In this document: positions 58,116-64,000 of the stretch, one piece after another
How positions within the stretch are numbered: the stretch's first letter is position 1
How the letters are laid out: each line of letters opens with the position of its first letter
Assembly (NCBI GenBank): GCA_964247055.1
Contig: OZ176050.1
Coordinates: 6,944,001 to 7,008,000 of the forward strand
DNA length: 64,000 nt
Direction of reading: 5' to 3'
Origin: Paragordius varius
Lineage: Eukaryota > Animalia > Nematomorpha
Program-made: the position numbers and the translations under genes
Notes under the pieces: generated by a model
What the model was told of the DNA's origin: nothing
The model's input: only the letters and a program-made list of their open reading frames with translations
Database searches by the model: none

Positions 58116-61100
58116 TCAACCCTCACCTTGCATTATTAACGGGTAAAAATTGTCAAACGTTGAATTGGAAGTTTTGAATGTCTGGAACATGAAAGGATTA
58201 AAAAAATCTTTTTTAAAAACATAACTGCATTGTATGAGACATGATTCATCTTGTAATATAGTTTCACGGGGATGAAGTACAAAAAGTTGAAAACAATTAT
58301 CAATTTTAACGCTTGAGCATTGAGCCTAAAAAACATGTGTCACATTCATTATTTATAATAAGTAATAAATGCAGATAGGCCCAAACACAAATAAAATATA
58401 AAAAGTAGCTTTATATTAATCGACCCAATCTCCATAGTTAAGATATAAAAAAGCATGTTTCAGAATAGTTTTTTGAAACCACATCTAAAATTTTGAATTT
58501 AGAGCTAAAAAGTTGTTTGTAAATATTTAAAACATTTAGAGTATGAGTACGTAGAAAGTTATAAATTATTGTCAGTAACATATACAACAAAGAGCAGTAT
58601 TATTGGCTTATAGTTAATTTTTTCACTTTTTATTATTATTTGTCAATAATACTTCTCTTTGTTGCATATGTTATTTGGCAATAATTAATAACTTTCTAGC
58701 AATATACACTTACTCATACTGTAATTTAATAAATTATATTATGTATAAAAAAACTTTTGTTTGTTGTATACCTTGTTTCCAGAATAGGGGCAATAGCATA
58801 CATTGCATGGCGAAAGTGACTTAAAGGCCCCCTTTTCGATTTCTATTCCCTTTTCATAGCAAGTTTCTAAAAGTAACATATATATTTTTGCCGAATATCT
58901 AGATTATAAATTAATATATATATAATTTTTGAAAAACATCACATATTTCAGATAGTGATTTTCTAATACATCTACACTGATTTTTAAATATAACCAAAGT
59001 AATAATAACATTAGTAAAAATATTTCAGAGAATTCAAATAAAAACAACCAAATTATAATTATGATTTTTATTTTTAAAATAAAATTTTAAACAATATTTA
59101 GCAAAAATAAGTGAAAAAAGCTATCAGTCCTACAGTTAATACGGACGAAACGTAAAAAGAGAAAGATAAATATTTTTTTAAAATTCAACCATACTTTTTA
59201 AATCGTGATTTTTCAATGTTTTTTGTATATTATAGAAATGTAAATTGGTAATACAATCAATTTTACGTTGTAATTAAATTTTTTTATAGGATAAATTAAG
59301 GTTTAAAAAAGTATGTTGTCTTTTGAAAAAAATTTTTTTATATTTTTATTTACTGTAAACATTGGTCCTTTAATAAAATGATCTCTAATAATATATTTGC
59401 AGAACATAATATTTTTGAAAATATACTTTAATGCCAGATTAAGTAGGGGTATAATATGTTTGTTAAATAGATACTAGTATTAAATATAATAATTAAAAAT
59501 AATTTGTAACCTGTGTCGGACCACTTATTTAAATCTAAGGCAGGAAGTGATAAACATGAAACCTTTTTATTTCTATATAGAAATAGGTTAAAATTTATAA
59601 AAAAATGGATCATAAAATAAAAATGGGAAAACAAGGTAAGGATTGTTATAAAATATAAAACCTAATATTATCTTCCTGTGCCATAACATCCGGTTGTATC
59701 GATTTAATACCATCTACATTGTTGCAAATGAGGTGTGCGAGTGTTACCTTACGGATTTCATTGAGTTGATCTAATTTGAAGGAAAGACTTATGGATAGGG
59801 TATTAAAGCTTTGAATGAAATTAAAACTTTCTTATTTATTAAACTTCAGGTAGAAAAATTGTATAGTTTTTGATTTAAGAGTGTATTATTTTAATAGATA
59901 TTTTTATGGCATTTCAGTATAATTACAGTAAAATATTATACGGACAAAACGTACAAACAAAATACAATCACTTAAATACAGCCATCTGATTTAATTCTTA
60001 ATTTTAAAGTATATAAATTATGGATAAGTATATATTGCTAGAGATTTCTTAATTATTGCCAAATAGCTAATACAATAAAGAGATTTATTATTGACAAATA
60101 ATAATAAAATGTATAATAGCTATAAGCCAATAATATTACCCTTTGTTGTATGGGCTTGGCAATAATTAACTTTCTAGCAATATATACTTACTCATGTAAA
60201 TACAATTTTATTATATAAAATTAGGTTTACCAATAACATCTAGATTACTTATTTTGCATCTCAAACCGATTTTATAAAAAACATATCTTTTAGTTTTTAT
60301 GTTTTGTCATTGTAGCTTCAGTTTTTACTTTAATATAAAAGTTAATATAGTCATTAATCCAAAAATCGTACCTAAGGTAAATCTTGTAGCAGGTAAATCA
60401 TTTTCATACCAAAATCTGTCACATTGCTTGAGAAGGCTAAATTGATAGCCAATTATACAATTGAGAGTTGGACCGACCATGGAGCCTGCCAAAGGATGTT
60501 CTGCCAATGCTCCCAAAAACAAATCAATATCATCAAAATGGCTATATACCAATAAAAAAGTAGATATTAAAATAAAGAATATTACCCTTTGTATGAAGTA
60601 AATAATCAAAAAAAATATATTGAGCAAGAATAATACAATGAAATTGGGCGATTTATTTTAGTGCGAATTGTTGTGTTTGCTATAATGTTTGTTATGACGT
60701 TATTTTTTCAAAAAAAATTATTCGAAACAATAAGGACATTACTGATAAAAATCTGTTTAATAACTATGCTTTGAATTAAATTTAATTGACATTAATTTGA
60801 AAGCAAAATTAAAATTGAATTTAAATTTCAAACATCCAACCCCTTTTAAAGTATTTTTTCATTCAATTAATATTTATATAATTAGCACTTCGATTAAAAT
60901 TGGGGTATCTAAATACCCCGGACTAAATTTAAATTAAAATTTTTAAAAAACTACTGAAGGAAACGGCCCCAATTTAAATTTATGCTTCTATCCTGATAAA
61001 TATTATATAAATATGCCAAAATATCTTGAAATTTTGTTTTGAAAAAAAGTTCCATCTCAACTACTTCGACGCGATTTTTATTTTAAAAATTTTGCAAAAT

Positions 61101-63974
61101 ATCGTCTTCATTTAATTTTAAGGGTAAAATTAAAGCTTATTTTTTATATAAATTATATCTAACATTGATAGAAATAGAAAAAGCGGTTTATTTTGTATTA
61201 TTTTTCAATTTTACAATTTGACACATGTCACGTTGACTAAATATTTACCTTTCAATTTTAGCGCAAAATAAGTAATATCAAGTATTTTTGAATAAAATTT
61301 TTAATATATTTCGGTTTATTAATGTAATATAAGTGCAAAATTTTGGCATGGTTTGGATTGCTTCCATACTTTTTAAAGTATTTAATTTTAAACAGGCCTG
61401 GGGTATCCAACTACCCCAATTTGAATCGAAGGACTAAAATGAGTGTGTTGTATCCAAGTGTTAATGAATTTTCCGTTGGCGCGCTTTACTAAACATGGAA
61501 CTACTTATATAGATATCGTTGGAATTTTTGTTTTAAACTTATACATTTTTACCTGTAGAGATTAACTAAAAGAGCTAAAAGATTGGAATATGGCGATTTT
61601 ATATTTGGGTTTTTCATTCCATTAATGTTGATTGTTATGTTACAAAACTTGAGGAATTGAGAGTAAGATGGGATTCCATGATCCCTTCCCCGCTGAATGT
61701 AATGTGTGATAGGATCTCGAATATCTGCTCTATCCAATTTATTTATATCTATGATGAGATATAGTATTATGGTTAATATATAAATTTAATAATTAAAAGT
61801 AAAGTTTTTGAGTATATACCATTCACACACACTTTAAACATCTTTCAATTTAAATTCACCCACGAACAATTCAAATTCACCCTTGGACAATTTAAATTCA
61901 CCCTCGAACAATTCAAATTCACCCTTGGACAATTTAAATTCACCCTCGAACAATTCAAATTCTCCCTTGAACAATTCGAATTCACCATAAAAATAAATTA
62001 TGTGTTTTGGGGCTAATATAATTCATTATTAGAAATAAATATTTATGGCTAAGTTTATTATTTTTCAGTATTAAAAACAAACAATTATAAAATATATTAA
62101 AAAATTTAGGTAATTTAATCTTAAAAAGCACATAATTTATGTTAGGGTGAATTTGAATTATTCAAGGGTGAATTTGAAGTGTAAATGGTATAGATAACGC
62201 ACAACTAATAACAACGGATTCATATACTTAAATGTAATAAAAACTGGTTTATATCTACATCTTTTTATAATGCGGTAGGCTTTGATTTTAAAACTATTAT
62301 ATACATTTATATTATAAATTAAAAGTTAATCAATAAGTTAAAGATGTAATCGGTAATGTTGCCTTTTAATTTTAATAACCAGCCAAACTCTAAGCCTTAT
62401 CATTACATGAATTTTTTATTTGGGACCGTTAACGTATGAAATCTTTTTAAAGGTTTTACACATTCCGATTGGCATTAAAAATTGGTATGTTCATAAATAT
62501 ATATAATATTTAAATTAATAGTAGTTCGATAAGTTTTGGTATTTTGTATAGATTAGAATTTATATAACATAGATTTAAACCGATAGGTAGCCGAATAATG
62601 TCATTAAGTTTAGTGCTAATCAATATATTTAGCAAGTTTTCTAGATTATTGCTACTTCTTTCGGATTGAGATAAATAGTTGAAGAATTTTCCATTTTTTT
62701 CTTCATCAGATCTAATGTTATAATTTGGGGTCCTATGAAAATAAATTTTTTTTTATTAAAAACACTATTAAAAACGTCTTATCTTTCAAAAAAATTAGGA
62801 TGATTTGGCTTTCCATAAATAAACAATGAAAACAAATGATAAAAACAAGTTAAATCAAATCATCTATCTCGGATTTTTCAGTAGTTCAACCCCATTTATT
62901 AATTAAAAAAGGTTTATATCTAAATTAGTTACCGCAACCCCTGAGAAATTATATCAAACATGGTCGTATTTGACAACAGTAAATTAAAAATTTTAAGGGC
63001 ATTGACAGAAAATTCATTTCGGATCCCAGCATCGCATGAATCCACGTAATTATTCGCTGCAAAATCAATGTTGGATGTGAATGTATTAAGATTATATTTA
63101 TCGATTGCCTCTAATCCCAAAAGCTTGGGCAAAAATTCGCTATATGTTATGTGTTGAATCATAGCTCCAATAATTTTACGAGTCTCCTGCATAATGTAAT
63201 GTAAAAATTATTATTATAATACAGATAAAACTTAAAAACTAAAAGACGAAAATTTTGCTTAAAAAAGGCAACCATACTTTTCGAAACACCTTGGATTACA
63301 ACTGTAAAATATATAATTCAGTATATTTACCAATCATCTCTAATCCTTGTTTAGCGACCCAAAACGATAGGTCATATTAAAAAATCAAAGTTGACAGATA
63401 TGGTTTTTTTTCATATGGATGTCCTTTAATTTTAATGCTTTGTCTGTATAACTTCATTTTTACGATAAAAATCAGTATTACTCTAAAAAGTTTCAAAAAA
63501 ACAAAAACTAAAATGTTAAAAGATTGTTAGTGATTAACTTGAAATATTTGTTCGTCCCTCCATTTTGGGTTATATTTACTCAATCGATCAGCGATCCGAT
63601 TGTGTTCATTGATGAATAATTGATACATGGAAGCCATAATTGGTTCCATTCCTCTTGGATCCCCTTTAGTAATATTAGATTTAATATAACTCAGGTATTT
63701 ATTTAGCACTTTAATTTTGATTTAAATATATATTTTTTTGAATTTATTATGTTAAGTATAAATATATTAAAAGAATTTATCAAATAATTAAAAAAAATAG
63801 AGTTACTTGTAGACACAATTTTATCAATTATACCTGTAATAAAACAATTGACATCCAAAACGCTTACGCATTGCGTATTCTGAACATTTACAGTCTCTAA
63901 CAGTGATGATGACATGGAAAATGATGGTGAAGAAGCATCATGCTTGAAAGGAACATCGTTAAATTTAATCAATC
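58116..63974 (-). CDS. Animal heme peroxidase, double-peroxidase (DBLOX/CG10211-like) type, 3' part; continues beyond the window
   Basis: Exons 63834-63974, 63539-63663, 62933-63186, 62581-62732, 61553-61748, 60372-60541, 59662-59770, 59511-59572, 58772-58866 and 58116-58325 join in phase. Motifs: CFITGDPRG, EHNRIA, QHITYSEFLPKLLG, IQRGRDHG, DDIDLF, VGPTLNCIIGYQF, CDRFWYE, and a Cys-rich tail SPCNVCYC...AQCSSVKIDNC...ETILQDESCLIQC. Confidence 0.9.
58541..58719. mobile_element. Palindromic MITE (family C), copy 1
   Basis: Ends GTATGAGTA / TACTCATAC with long inverted arms. Similar to 60019-60196. Confidence 0.65.
60019..60196. mobile_element. Palindromic MITE (family C), copy 2
   Basis: Arms AAGTATATATTGCTAGA / TCTAGCAATATATACTT. 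Similar to 58541-58719. Confidence 0.65.
60886..61460 (+). mobile_element. piggyBac-like MITE family A, full length (575 bp) in peroxidase intron
   Basis: TTAG-CACTTCGATTAAAATTGGGG start and GTATCCAAGTG-TTAA end. Colinear with 14112-14688. Confidence 0.9.
61817..62190. mobile_element. Family B foldback-like MITE with expanded 21-bp array
   Basis: TACCATTCACA / TGTAAATGGTA flanked by TA. Seven 21-bp units at 61844-61990. Confidence 0.88.
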
Positions 63975-64000
63975 CTGACATAATGAAAAAATAAATATTT

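Noticed and set aside
58136-58336. 66-aa minus ORF
   Set aside because: Wrong frame of the terminal peroxidase exon 58116-58325.
61844-61990. CRISPR-like array of 21-bp repeats
   Set aside because: Units are contiguous with no unique spacers, lie inside a TIR element in a eukaryotic intron, and no cas genes are present.

Overview
Eukaryotic, very AT-rich (roughly 25% GC by eye) metazoan genomic window. It is probably from an invertebrate, because the COE gene has a single H2 helix; the taxon cannot be fixed from sequence alone. No rRNA, tRNA, CRISPR or prokaryotic features were recognised. Manual GT-AG exon joining recovers these spliced genes: the 3' end of an unknown gene, KXD1 (-), PSMB4 (+), SUPT3H/Spt3 (-), a 20-exon TTC39 (+) with a ~540-aa extra C-terminal tail, a small D-box securin-like gene (+), COE/EBF (-) with a long Asn-rich tail, an intronless PIGS (-), and the 3' part of a double-peroxidase-type heme peroxidase gene (-) whose last domain lacks the proximal heme ligand. 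The most striking pattern is intron architecture: 12 ultra-short introns (21-27 nt) all lie within ~400 nt of a start codon, while every modelled intron further downstream is at least 69 nt. The rest of the window is dense with non-autonomous or decayed DNA transposons: TTAA piggyBac-like MITEs, Tc1/mariner, hAT, a Helitron and a foldback-like MITE with 21-bp arrays, often nested, plus RTE and Penelope fragments. Family assignments rest on recalled motifs, not database searches, and some TE boundaries are approximate.
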